Shown: positions 17,561 to 26,158 of the stretch, piece by piece
How the letters are laid out: each line of letters opens with the position of its first letter
Position numbering within the stretch: the stretch's first letter is position 1
IMG/VR virus record: IMGVR_UViG_3300028569_000046
Span: 1 to 52,529 of that record
DNA: 52,529 nucleotides
Strand: one strand, 5' to 3'
Source of the DNA: a virus
Lineage: Duplodnaviria; Caudoviricetes
The notes under the pieces: model-generated
What the model was told of the DNA's origin: nothing
The model's database searches: none
The model's input: only the letters and a program-made list of their open reading frames with translations
Program-made: the position numbers and the translations under genes

Positions 17561-17902
17561 ATGAGAAACGCAGTTGACTACGAACACGGATTGGATCGAA
17601 AAAAAGTAGATCTTTCACCATCAACACTTGGCGGTTTTATGGAAGAACCGGATCAAATTGATGAAATTGACTTGTGGAAAAAAGAATGGACAGGAATGCC
17701 CGAATATGAAGAAGGTGAATATGTCTATAAAAGTATTCGCGTTCATTTTAACAATGAAGAAGATTATCTTGAGTTTTGCAATCTTATTGGACAACCAAAT
17801 ATGACTCTTAAAACAAAGAGCATTTGGCATCCTGCACAAGTGCGCGGCAAAAATTCATTGCTGCGATGGATTGATGGGGAGCAAGAAGATCAACTACCGT
17901 AA
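17561..17902 (+). CDS. small acidic partner of the TAGT-like glycosyltransferase
   Basis: EWTGMPEY..IRVHF..EED..EF..LIGQ..TLKTKSIWHP pattern. Confidence 0.7.
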   Translation: MRNAVDYEHGLDRKKVDLSPSTLGGFMEEPDQIDEIDLWKKEWTGMPEYEEGEYVYKSIRVHFNNEEDYLEFCNLIGQPNMTLKTKSIWHPAQVRGKNSLLRWIDGEQEDQLP

Positions 17903-17906
17903 AGTT

Positions 17907-18812
17907 ATGAACCCACAATATCCTGTCTATATTATTTCCAAAGGTCGTGCTGATAGTCGAGTGACAAGTAGGTCGCTTGAACATATGAAAGTGCCATACA
18001 GCATTGTCATTGAACCGCAGGAATATGAAGCATATGCTGCTGTAATTGATCCTAAGAAAATTTTGGTTCTTCCGTTTAGCAACCATGGACTAGGTTCTGG
18101 ACCTGCTCGCAACTGGTGTTGGGAACATGCCAAAAGCTTAGGCTTTAAGCGCCATTGGTTAATGGACGATAACATTAACCGGTTTTACAGATTGCACAAA
18201 GGTCGCAGAATTATAGCCGAAAGTGGAACCATGTTTAAAGTGATGGAAGATTTTGTTGATCGGTATGAAAATGTGCCATTGGCAGGATTACAATACACAT
18301 TCTTTTGTGTTGATGGTTTTAAATATCCTGCATTTGCTGTAAACCGAAGAATCTTTTCCTGCATGCTTATTGAAAATGATGCTCCGTTTCGATGGAGAGG
18401 CAAATACAATGAGGACGTTGATCTTTCACTTCAAGTGCTTAAAGCAGGGCAATGCACAATATTGTTTAATGCGTTTCTGCAAATGAAAATGGCAACGCAA
18501 ACAGTCAAAGGTGGTAATACCGAAGAACTATACGGTAAAGGAAAAGCGGAAAACGGCAAAGGAACATTGGATAAATCTCAGCTGCTTGTCAATATGCATC
18601 CCGAACATGCAAAAATTGTTTGGCGCTACGGACGTTGGCATCACCATGTTGACTATGGCACATTGGTACACAATAAGCTTATTAAAAGAACCGACATTGA
18701 AATTCCTACCGGTGTTAATACTTATGGCATGAAACTTGTTGAAAGACCGTCTTGGGTCGGTATTAATGATAAGCCTAAAAAGACAAAGGTGACAAAAAAG
18801 AAAAAGGCGTGA
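17907..18812 (+). CDS. TET-associated (TAGT/GREB1-like) GT-A glycosyltransferase
   Basis: PVYIISKGRA, IEPQEY, ARNWCW, HWLMDDNI, YNEDVDLSL and GGNTE motifs. Confidence 0.8.
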   Translation: MNPQYPVYIISKGRADSRVTSRSLEHMKVPYSIVIEPQEYEAYAAVIDPKKILVLPFSNHGLGSGPARNWCWEHAKSLGFKRHWLMDDNINRFYRLHKGRRIIAESGTMFKVMEDFVDRYENVPLAGLQYTFFCVDGFKYPAFAVNRRIFSCMLIENDAPFRWRGKYNEDVDLSLQVLKAGQCTILFNAFLQMKMATQTVKGGNTEELYGKGKAENGKGTLDKSQLLVNMHPEHAKIVWRYGRWHHHVDYGTLVHNKLIKRTDIEIPTGVNTYGMKLVERPSWVGINDKPKKTKVTKKKKA

Positions 18813-18880
18813 GATTTGCGAATTATGTGCGTCATCCAGCAATTTTGGCGCCAATTTCTGTCTAAAGCCGAAAAAAAGTG

Positions 18881-18954
18881 CATTTTGTTGAAAAAAGTTG
18901 TTTACAACTGCTGATTTTTATGGTAGAATAGTCCTGTAAGGAAACACCACAACA
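18881..18954 (+). promoter_or_regulatory. repeated early promoter/RBS cassette, copy 3
   Basis: 72/74 identical to copy 1; TTTACA-17-TAGAAT. Confidence 0.88.
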
Positions 18955-19133
18955 TGAACAACTACCCGACTCACGAAGAAATCGCCGCTCGAATATTGAC
19001 TCTTGTCAACGGTAACTTGAACTGCCCATGCGCACACAATCGCGAAAACCTGAATGACATTATTGTAGACTTGCAACGGTATCGCGAGAGCATTCCGACC
19101 GTGAGTGATTATGTGGAAAAAAATCTGCTCTGA
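18954..19133 (+). CDS. small early protein (59 aa)
   Basis: Read manually: MNNYPTHEEIAARILTLVNGNLNCPCAHN... Confidence 0.65.
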   Translation: MNNYPTHEEIAARILTLVNGNLNCPCAHNRENLNDIIVDLQRYRESIPTVSDYVEKNLL

Positions 19134-19173
19134 TTATTACAACAAAAACAAACAAAACAACAAAACGTATATT

Positions 19174-19584
19174 ATGAAACTAAACGATAAAGCACAAAAG
19201 ACATTGGAAATGCTACTTGCCGGTGGCGATGGTAAACCTAAAGCAGGTGGAATTGTATTTGGAACTACGGTAATTTACAATGCCGGGCGTGCCGCTGGAA
19301 TGAAATTCCGAGAAATTCAGGAAACTTTTATGACAGATGCTCTTAAAGTTGGCTATGGCAAATATGATTTGGTTGCTCTTAAACTGTTAAGTGAGTTTAA
19401 GACCGAAACATGTGCCGCGCCAAAACAACTTGCCGCAAAGAAAGTGGCAACCAAAGGTAAGCAAAAACCTCTTACCAAGGAGGAAAAATATCAAAAAATG
19501 CTTGAAGCTTCCGCGGACTGGGAGGTTGTATATTGTGCCGAAACGGAAGAAGCACGGGAAAAAGCAGAACAAATGTTTGAATGA
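19174..19584 (+). CDS. hypothetical protein
   Basis: Start MKLNDK after an A/C-rich leader. Confidence 0.7.
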   Translation: MKLNDKAQKTLEMLLAGGDGKPKAGGIVFGTTVIYNAGRAAGMKFREIQETFMTDALKVGYGKYDLVALKLLSEFKTETCAAPKQLAAKKVATKGKQKPLTKEEKYQKMLEASADWEVVYCAETEEAREKAEQMFE

Positions 19585-19600
19585 AAGTTTTGAGGTTTTC

Positions 19601-19822
19601 ATGGAAGAAAAGATTAAAAGGATTATATCGGACTATCTTATTATTGATAGTTCAGAAATTTCCTCTGATCAAACATTTGCAAATCTAGGATTAGATTCGC
19701 TTGATATGGTGGAAATATTTCTTAAGATTGAAGACGAATTTGATATTGAAATCGGAGATGATGATTCTGATAAAATTCGCACCATAAGTTCTCTGGTCCA
19801 ATATTTAGAAAATTATGAGTGA
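19601..19822 (+). CDS. acpP: acyl carrier protein
   Basis: 73 aa, acidic; LGLDSLDMVE phosphopantetheine site and IEDEFDIEI. Confidence 0.9.
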   Translation: MEEKIKRIISDYLIIDSSEISSDQTFANLGLDSLDMVEIFLKIEDEFDIEIGDDDSDKIRTISSLVQYLENYE

Positions 19823-20423
19823 GGATATAAAATACCACGGCTACAAATATTGTTTTATTGATGTTGAAACTACAGGTCTTGACCGCAAGCTGCATAATAT
19901 TTTCCAAATTAGCGGAGTCGTTCTTGATTCCAACCTTAAGGAAATTGAAAGCTTTGACCTTAAGTTTAAACCGCACAGTTTGGAACATACTGAGCAAGGT
20001 GCGCTGGATGCCACAGGAATGACAATTGACGATTTGATTGCATTGCCTATGAAGTCACACGAAGCATATCAAGAGCTTATTAAAATATTGTCACGCCATG
20101 TCAATAAATTTGACAAAAAAGATAAAATGCATTTTGTTGCATACAATGCATCTTTTGACGGCGACTTTATGCGTGAATTTTTCGCAAAACATAATGATGC
20201 ATATTTTGGTTCATGGTTTTGGAATCCGCCGATTTGTGTAATGCTCGCGGCCGCTTGGTTTACTCAACGTGTGCGTGGAGCATTTCCCAACTTTAAATTG
20301 GGAACATTATGTCAATGCTCTGAAGTTGGATGGGATGAATCGCGAGCTCATGATGCGCAATATGACATTCGACAAACGGTCGGACTATTCCGATACTTAC
20401 ACGAGAATTTGTGCACATTATGA
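19815..20423 (+). CDS. DEDDh 3'-5' exonuclease (DnaQ-like)
   Basis: IDVETTG, AYNASFD and AHDAQYD. Confidence 0.9.
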   Translation: MSEDIKYHGYKYCFIDVETTGLDRKLHNIFQISGVVLDSNLKEIESFDLKFKPHSLEHTEQGALDATGMTIDDLIALPMKSHEAYQELIKILSRHVNKFDKKDKMHFVAYNASFDGDFMREFFAKHNDAYFGSWFWNPPICVMLAAAWFTQRVRGAFPNFKLGTLCQCSEVGWDESRAHDAQYDIRQTVGLFRYLHENLCTL

Positions 20424-20599
20424 AAATATTAGTATCAGGGAAAAATGGCAAACCTAAGATACGTACCGAGATTTGCATGTTTGTGTTTGAAGCATCTGAA
20501 GCAAAATATGTGAATGATCAGCGAGATGGAGACGCATATGTTGTACAATGTCCGGAATGTGAAGCATCTTTGTGGGTTGCCGCCAAATTTTTCCGCTAA
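20420..20599 (+). CDS. small zinc-ribbon-like protein
   Basis: C.FVFE...VQCPECE. Confidence 0.55.
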   Translation: MKILVSGKNGKPKIRTEICMFVFEASEAKYVNDQRDGDAYVVQCPECEASLWVAAKFFR

Positions 20600-20633
20600 G
20601 TTTGTATACAGGCTATAGAATCTGAAATATTTT

Positions 20634-20704
20634 CATTTTGTTGAAAAAAGTTGTTTACAAACGCGGCAAAGTATGGTAGAATAGTCACGTAAGGAAACAC
20701 CACA
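20634..20704 (+). promoter_or_regulatory. repeated early promoter/RBS cassette, copy 4
   Basis: cattttgttgaaaaaagttgtttacaaac...tatggtagaatagtcacgtaaggaaacaccaca. Confidence 0.85.
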
Positions 20705-20706
20705 CC

Positions 20707-21141
20707 ATGACCAACACCACTCTATCAGCCCACCTCGCCTCACTCAATGCAGTAACTCTTGCCTGGGTTGCTGAGGATTCGGATAAATACCGCGCCGCAT
20801 TCACCTACACTGAGGATCTGTCCTATTGGAATGAGATTGGTGTTTTTACGGTGGAAGACTTTCAACGCAACGAACTTGAATCAACCGTGTGGGACCTGTA
20901 CAAAAGCGTGCATGGAGTCCGCCCTCGCTTCATGGACTTCAAGTCCATGACTGTCGCGGATCTTGAGGAAACCATTGCCAGTCTTAACGATACTGCCGAA
21001 TGGCAAGCCGAAATGGAAGAAAAATATGCTGCTCAACAAAAGATTGAGGATGCTTGGCAGGCCGAAGTGGACGCGCACGAAGCCACTCTTTGCATCCCAG
21101 GTGAATTGCAATTCATCCGTGGAACCTGGGCAGTAGCTTAA
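20707..21141 (+). CDS. conserved early phage protein
   Basis: WDLYKSVHGVRPRF pattern. Confidence 0.75.
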   Translation: MTNTTLSAHLASLNAVTLAWVAEDSDKYRAAFTYTEDLSYWNEIGVFTVEDFQRNELESTVWDLYKSVHGVRPRFMDFKSMTVADLEETIASLNDTAEWQAEMEEKYAAQQKIEDAWQAEVDAHEATLCIPGELQFIRGTWAVA

Positions 21142-21155
21142 CATTATACAATATT

Positions 21156-21446
21156 ATGAAAACATCTAAAATTATGAGTACAAATAAATTGATTATGAAA
21201 AAGGACAAGGATTACACTATTCTAAATAATGCAGGTGAGGAAGTGATTGTCCGAGGACGCAATGCACGAGAAGCTCTTGGTGTCTTTATGAAACGCGGTC
21301 GCTTTGGATTAGGAGCTGCATGGAGCATGACACGCCAAAAAGATGGATGGATCGTTGTCGCTCCATCATCTTCCAAAACTTTGGAACGTACATACTACAA
21401 AATGCGCGAAACACAATATGATCCTTCAATGAAACAATCATTCTAA
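21156..21446 (+). CDS. hypothetical protein
   Basis: 96 aa ORF; start uncertain. Confidence 0.6.
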   Translation: MKTSKIMSTNKLIMKKDKDYTILNNAGEEVIVRGRNAREALGVFMKRGRFGLGAAWSMTRQKDGWIVVAPSSSKTLERTYYKMRETQYDPSMKQSF

Positions 21447-21447
21447 T

Positions 21448-21594
21448 ATGTCAACGTTACCATTTATTTTTATAGGAGTTGTTTTTACAATTGCGGTTGT
21501 ATCAATCATTTTAACACACTCTATTCTTTCACAATCAAAAAAGCATGATGCTCAAGTTGCAGAATTGCTTAAACAACGTAACAAAACAAAATGA
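21448..21594 (+). CDS. small membrane protein (48 aa)
   Basis: MSTLPFIFIGVVFTIAVVSIIL...; ATGA-coupled to the next gene. Confidence 0.55.
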   Translation: MSTLPFIFIGVVFTIAVVSIILTHSILSQSKKHDAQVAELLKQRNKTK

Positions 21595-22175
21595 GTAAAA
21601 TATTTCTTATTCGTCACGCCGAAAGTGAAGGCAATGTTGACAAAAGCGTGTATTATGAAAAACACGATAGTGAAATTTGCATTACCGAACACGGCCGAGC
21701 TCAAGCACAAGAATGTTCGGATTTGTTGGTAAGTTTAGTATGCGCCAACGCTGTTGAAATTTATACAAGTTCTTATGTTCGGGCGCGTCAAACGTCTGCA
21801 TATGTCTTTGACGCTTTATCCAGCAATGGTAATGTTGTATCATTGCAGGAAAACCCATTGTTGCGCGAACGTGACTGGGGAAGTTTACGCGATATTGTGG
21901 ACAATCGCCACCTTAAAAAGGAAGCTCATTTTAATTTTTACTATCGTCCTGATAAAGGTGAAAGTTATGCAGATGCACACTTGCGGGTATACTCATTTTT
22001 TACTCATCTGCGTTGCATCAGACAACAAAATAGTTCCACCAATGATGTTGTAATTGTATCACATGGCGAATGGATCCGTTTGGCTCTTATGTATCTTGAT
22101 GGATTTGGAGTTGAGCATTTTGCCAAACATCGCAAAAATCCAAAAAACGCAAGTATTATTGAAAGAAACCTTTAA
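21591..22175 (+). CDS. histidine phosphatase (phosphoglycerate mutase family)
   Basis: LIRHAESEGN, SSY.RA.QT, LRE..WG, GES and VSHG. Confidence 0.9.
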   Translation: MSKIFLIRHAESEGNVDKSVYYEKHDSEICITEHGRAQAQECSDLLVSLVCANAVEIYTSSYVRARQTSAYVFDALSSNGNVVSLQENPLLRERDWGSLRDIVDNRHLKKEAHFNFYYRPDKGESYADAHLRVYSFFTHLRCIRQQNSSTNDVVIVSHGEWIRLALMYLDGFGVEHFAKHRKNPKNASIIERNL

Positions 22176-22180
22176 AACTT

Positions 22181-22210
22181 GTTTACAAAAGCGAAAAATT
22201 ATTGTATAAT
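22181..22210 (+). promoter_or_regulatory. early promoter
   Basis: GTTTACA-17-TATAAT. Confidence 0.7.
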
Positions 22211-22225
22211 ATGATTACACAACAA

Positions 22226-22483
22226 ATGATAACACAAAATCTTAAAAGCATTTTAAACGAATCGTACACTCCGGTGCATGTTTCATTTACAAAAATTGAC
22301 GGCACAATTCGCAATATGGAATGTACAACAAATCTTGATTTGATTCCAGTTGAATTTCATCCAAAACAAAAAGAATCGACAGTCGTTCCAAACGATAAAG
22401 TTATTCGAGTATTTGATCTTGAGAATGACGGATGGAGGTCTTTTCTCGCTGATAATGTTATCAGTTTTGAACCTGTTGCATAA
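22226..22483 (+). CDS. WYL_2/SH3-fold protein of T4-like phages
   Basis: V.FTK.DG..R.M.CT..VFDLE..GWRSF. Confidence 0.8.
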   Translation: MITQNLKSILNESYTPVHVSFTKIDGTIRNMECTTNLDLIPVEFHPKQKESTVVPNDKVIRVFDLENDGWRSFLADNVISFEPVA

Positions 22484-22487
22484 GAAT

Positions 22488-23714
22488 ATGAGTGTATTTA
22501 AAGCTGGAAGAGTAATTGCTGGAGACAGCAAATGGACTGGAGATGAGCCGGATTGGCATGGATGGGAACAGTGGACCGTCCAGCGATTCTTTCAAGTGCG
22601 ATCCAGAGCGTTAAATTTTTACAACTATTACCTTGATTCTTCTTCAATGAAACCTATGGTTCTTGAATGGATGAAAAAAAACGGTTATACCAAGGATGAA
22701 ATCTTATCCATTAAAGAAGCACCACCGTATGCTCTTCCTTCCACTGTGGGAAAATTGGTGCGATGTTTGGAACGAGGTATGCCTTCAATGCACCCTGGAG
22801 CGGTTGAACATTTTGCTTCACTTCCTTTTCACGATGAAGACAATCCTCCAATTCCAAAAAATGATCAAGGTTGTGTGCATAATTACATTCATGGTGCATT
22901 AAAAACTTTAAAACAGGCCAAACAAGTTTCGGCTGAGGAAATTCTAACAGTCGCACCTAAAGCTTATGTTCCGTCACCGTTGGAGCGTATTAAAAAGAAT
23001 GTTGAAAAAGATATTATCGCTCCTCTTGATTCCTTGCTTGACGATTGGGGTGATACATCCAAAACACCTCCTACATTGGATCTTATTGGTTACCTACGAG
23101 ACAATAAAGTTCCTGCTCAAGGGTGCAAATTTATTCTTGATTGGCTTCATAGATACCATGAAGAATATAATGGTGCTCTTAAAAAAACTGATTCACAATT
23201 TGTTGAAGGTTATTCATATTTGTCAAAACCATCATTGCGCAAAATTGTAAAAATTCTCGAGGATTTTATCTTTGATGTTCAAAGTCACGCCAAGATTAAA
23301 AACAACTCACGCAAACCTAGAGTTAAAAAAGTTAAAAATGCGGACAAACAAGTGGCGCGACTTCAATATCAAACCAACAGTGCCGAATATAACATTGACA
23401 GTATTAATCCTGCGCGGATTCCTACATCGCAAAGATTGTACACTTTTAATACAAAAACAAGACAATTGAATGTATATTATGCATCCGGGTCTTCTGGGTT
23501 TGCTGTTCAAGGAACTACCGTAAAAATGTATGATACTGAATCCAGCTTTGGCACAACGTTGCGCAAACCTAAGGATATTCTTGCCGGCATTCTTGGCGCA
23601 ACGCCTAAAAAACTTGATAAAATTTTCGATGGCGTGACACTTAAAAAGAAAAAGGTAAACGGTCGAATTAATACGCAAACAATAATTCTTAAAGTAATCG
23701 AAAACCGAATCTAA
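22488..23714 (+). CDS. conserved T4-like phage hypothetical protein
   Basis: 408 aa; EGYS, RKPR, FNTK.R, LRKP and NGRIN blocks; sits before gp33. Confidence 0.7.
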   Translation: MSVFKAGRVIAGDSKWTGDEPDWHGWEQWTVQRFFQVRSRALNFYNYYLDSSSMKPMVLEWMKKNGYTKDEILSIKEAPPYALPSTVGKLVRCLERGMPSMHPGAVEHFASLPFHDEDNPPIPKNDQGCVHNYIHGALKTLKQAKQVSAEEILTVAPKAYVPSPLERIKKNVEKDIIAPLDSLLDDWGDTSKTPPTLDLIGYLRDNKVPAQGCKFILDWLHRYHEEYNGALKKTDSQFVEGYSYLSKPSLRKIVKILEDFIFDVQSHAKIKNNSRKPRVKKVKNADKQVARLQYQTNSAEYNIDSINPARIPTSQRLYTFNTKTRQLNVYYASGSSGFAVQGTTVKMYDTESSFGTTLRKPKDILAGILGATPKKLDKIFDGVTLKKKKVNGRINTQTIILKVIENRI

Positions 23715-23953
23715 TGCAAACAGAAAATTTAAATCTTAATATTATTACAAAACAAGATTTTGCCATGGCCATTGAAAAATTGGTAAAGGCAAAAGAAATG
23801 TCATACGTTGAAGCGATTATACATTATTGTGATGCCAATACTCTTGATCCTGTTGATATTTCCAAACTTTGTGTAGGAAGTCTTAAAGACAAGCTTGAGG
23901 CCGAAGCGCAGCGCAATAATTTATTGCCCAAATCATCTTATTCTTTGTTTTGA
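23714..23953 (+). CDS. gp33: late transcription co-activator
   Basis: F...IE.LV...MSY.EAI..YC...LKDKLEAEA...N.L; synteny with gp59 and gp32. Confidence 0.88.
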   Translation: MQTENLNLNIITKQDFAMAIEKLVKAKEMSYVEAIIHYCDANTLDPVDISKLCVGSLKDKLEAEAQRNNLLPKSSYSLF

Positions 23954-24585
23954 TAAACTTAAGCACAGAAACAAACGCCAGTCCTTTTGAAGTATGGAGC
24001 ATCTATACGGCGATGTGTTTGCACTTTAAAAAAGGATCAAGTTATGATGCCTTTAAATTTAATTTTAAAGGCCCAAGACTTAAAAAGGAAACATTTTTGG
24101 CTCATAAAAACCGATATGAGTTTGAAAAATTGGCAAGAGCATATCCCAAAAAGAATGATTTGATTCTTTATTTTTTATCCAACCTTTTGGCAAATAAGAC
24201 TTGGATAAATAATATGACCAGAAATACTTATGATGAATACCTTGGATCAATACAGTCAATGCAATATGTTTTTAAAAGCGATATGAATGTGCTGCGCCAA
24301 CATTGTGATAATTTTGATGATGCATTCGCGCCACAATGTGCAGGGGAAATTCCTGTTATATATAAGTTATATCAATCAGATGCCATTTGTTTAAACACGT
24401 TGGCTGTGCTTGATACTTTGGTTCAATACACTTTAACAATAGGCAAAAAATGCAATGATCCGCTTGGAATAATATCCGACATATCTTTTAAAATTGCCAA
24501 ATATAAACCTTTTCTTCGTTCAGAAATGAATGTTGAAAAATACAAAAATATTATAATAAGTTTGTTTACAGCAGTAAATAAATGA
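23950..24585 (+). CDS. gp59: helicase loader
   Basis: Y.A..LHF...YD.FK...FEKLA...KY.PF; synteny. Confidence 0.85.
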   Translation: MINLSTETNASPFEVWSIYTAMCLHFKKGSSYDAFKFNFKGPRLKKETFLAHKNRYEFEKLARAYPKKNDLILYFLSNLLANKTWINNMTRNTYDEYLGSIQSMQYVFKSDMNVLRQHCDNFDDAFAPQCAGEIPVIYKLYQSDAICLNTLAVLDTLVQYTLTIGKKCNDPLGIISDISFKIAKYKPFLRSEMNVEKYKNIIISLFTAVNK

Positions 24586-24593
24586 TGTATAAT
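24564..24593 (+). promoter_or_regulatory. promoter for gp32
   Basis: GTTTACA-17-TATAAT. Confidence 0.7.
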
Positions 24594-24660
24594 ATTCTAA
24601 TGGTGGTAATTCCACTGCAACAAAACAACAATACAAAACAAATAATACACTGTAAATACT

Positions 24661-25566
24661 ATGTCATTCGAAACACTGAAACAAAATCGTTCCGCCGCAA
24701 TTGATAAACTTGTCAATGCCGCTGAAAAAGTAGCTGGTGGTGCAACAAAATCCTATGGCGATGATCGTCTGTGGAGCCCAGCAGTTGATAAAGCCGGAAA
24801 CGGTTATGCAATTCTTCGTTTTCTTCCTGCAAAAGAAGGAGAAGATCTACCATGGGTCCGTTTCTGGGACCATGGATTTAAAGGACTGACCGGGCGTTGG
24901 TACATCGAAAACAGTCTAACCTCAATCGGTCAACCTGATCCTGTCAGCGAAGCAAACAGTTTGCTTTGGAACAGTGGTGTTGAATCCGATAAGGAAATTG
25001 CTCGTGATCGCAAACGCCGACTGCATTACATTGTTAATGCTCTTGTAATTAGTGATCCAGCAAATCCTCAAAATGAAGGTAAGGTTGTCCTATACAAATT
25101 TGGTAAGAAAATCTTTGACAAAATCATGGATATTATGCAACCACAATTTCAAGATGAACAACCTATCAATCCATTTGATTTTTGGACTGGTACCAATTTC
25201 AAACTTAAAATTCGCAATGTTGAAGGTTATCGGAACTATGATAAATCCGAATTTGACAAACCGAGTGAATTGTTTGACGGCGACGAAGCACGTTTGGAAG
25301 AAATTTACGGCAAGCTTTATTCGCTTTCCGAATTTATTGATCCAGCAAACTATAAGAGTTATGCAGACCTTAAGCGCAAACTTATTGAAGTTATTGGTGC
25401 TGATGCCGCAGGAGCAACTGTTGACCATAAACCTGTTTATGAAAACACTCACGTGTCGACAAATGTTACGGCTGAGGCTCCATCACTTCCAACCGCAGGT
25501 GACGATTCATCTGAAGAAGAAGAAGATGATTCGTTAAGCTATTTTGCAAAACTTGCACAAAGCTAA
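24661..25566 (+). CDS. gp32: single-stranded DNA-binding protein
   Basis: DKAGNGYA.LRFLP, WYIENSL, GKKIFDKI, NYDKSEF and an acidic tail ending LSYFAKLA. Confidence 0.95.
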   Translation: MSFETLKQNRSAAIDKLVNAAEKVAGGATKSYGDDRLWSPAVDKAGNGYAILRFLPAKEGEDLPWVRFWDHGFKGLTGRWYIENSLTSIGQPDPVSEANSLLWNSGVESDKEIARDRKRRLHYIVNALVISDPANPQNEGKVVLYKFGKKIFDKIMDIMQPQFQDEQPINPFDFWTGTNFKLKIRNVEGYRNYDKSEFDKPSELFDGDEARLEEIYGKLYSLSEFIDPANYKSYADLKRKLIEVIGADAAGATVDHKPVYENTHVSTNVTAEAPSLPTAGDDSSEEEEDDSLSYFAKLAQS

Positions 25567-25585
25567 GAATAATTAAAATCCAAAA

Positions 25586-25623
25586 GGTGGCGGCACGATA
25601 AATAAATTCGTGCCGCCATTTTT
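25586..25623 (+). terminator. Rho-independent terminator
   Basis: tggcggcacga / tcgtgccgcca followed by a T run. Confidence 0.88.
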
Positions 25624-25628
25624 CTTTT

Positions 25629-25895
25629 ATGAAACACATCGAAGTTTATAGCATTTATAATTGTTTGGATTGCAGTAAATACCACCGCTTGGTGGAATAT
25701 TTTTGCGCTCTTCGAGATGATGTAACTTATTCGATTATTGACATTGATAACGAACGTAATTTTGAAATGATTATGGCCAAAAAACTGACACATATTCCAT
25801 CAACATTAATATATGAAGATGGCGTATTGGTCCGACAAGCAGGAAAAATACTGTCACACATTGAACTGTTTGACTTGGTATACGGTCTGGAATAA
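25629..25895 (+). CDS. thioredoxin/glutaredoxin-like protein
   Basis: CLDC motif, IDID and cis-Pro IPST. Confidence 0.7.
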   Translation: MKHIEVYSIYNCLDCSKYHRLVEYFCALRDDVTYSIIDIDNERNFEMIMAKKLTHIPSTLIYEDGVLVRQAGKILSHIELFDLVYGLE

Positions 25896-26156
25896 CTACG
25901 CGGCTGATATATCAACAGAACCTGTTGCAATGTGGCCACAACTTGCGGAGTCACCTTGGCGTACAACACCAAGACCGTTTATAAACACTGATCCACTGGA
26001 TTGGATCATGGTAACATTGGAATGGCCGCCATGATTTTTTACAAGTGCTCCTTGCAGCACAGCTTCGGCGCCATTAATATACACTTGGCATGATGCAACG
26101 TTGGACAATATTAATCCTCCCGCGGTATCAATTCCTATTCGTGAAATTTTTGGCAT
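25896..26156 (-). CDS. PAAR-like spike tip protein
   Basis: VYING, HGGH, VFING..VVRQGD..SCGH..GS. Confidence 0.88.
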   Translation of the reverse strand: MPKISRIGIDTAGGLILSNVASCQVYINGAEAVLQGALVKNHGGHSNVTMIQSSGSVFINGLGVVRQGDSASCGHIATGSVDISAA

Positions 26157-26158
26157 GA

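Noticed and set aside
19391-19600. N-terminal extension on the ACP (143-aa ORF call)
   Set aside because: Overlaps the upstream gene in another frame; the ACP fold starts at ATG 19601
2477-20704. Repeats as a CRISPR array or integron attC sites
   Set aside because: Copies are kilobases apart, not palindromic, and contain clear -35/-10/RBS elements; no cas or integrase gene in the window
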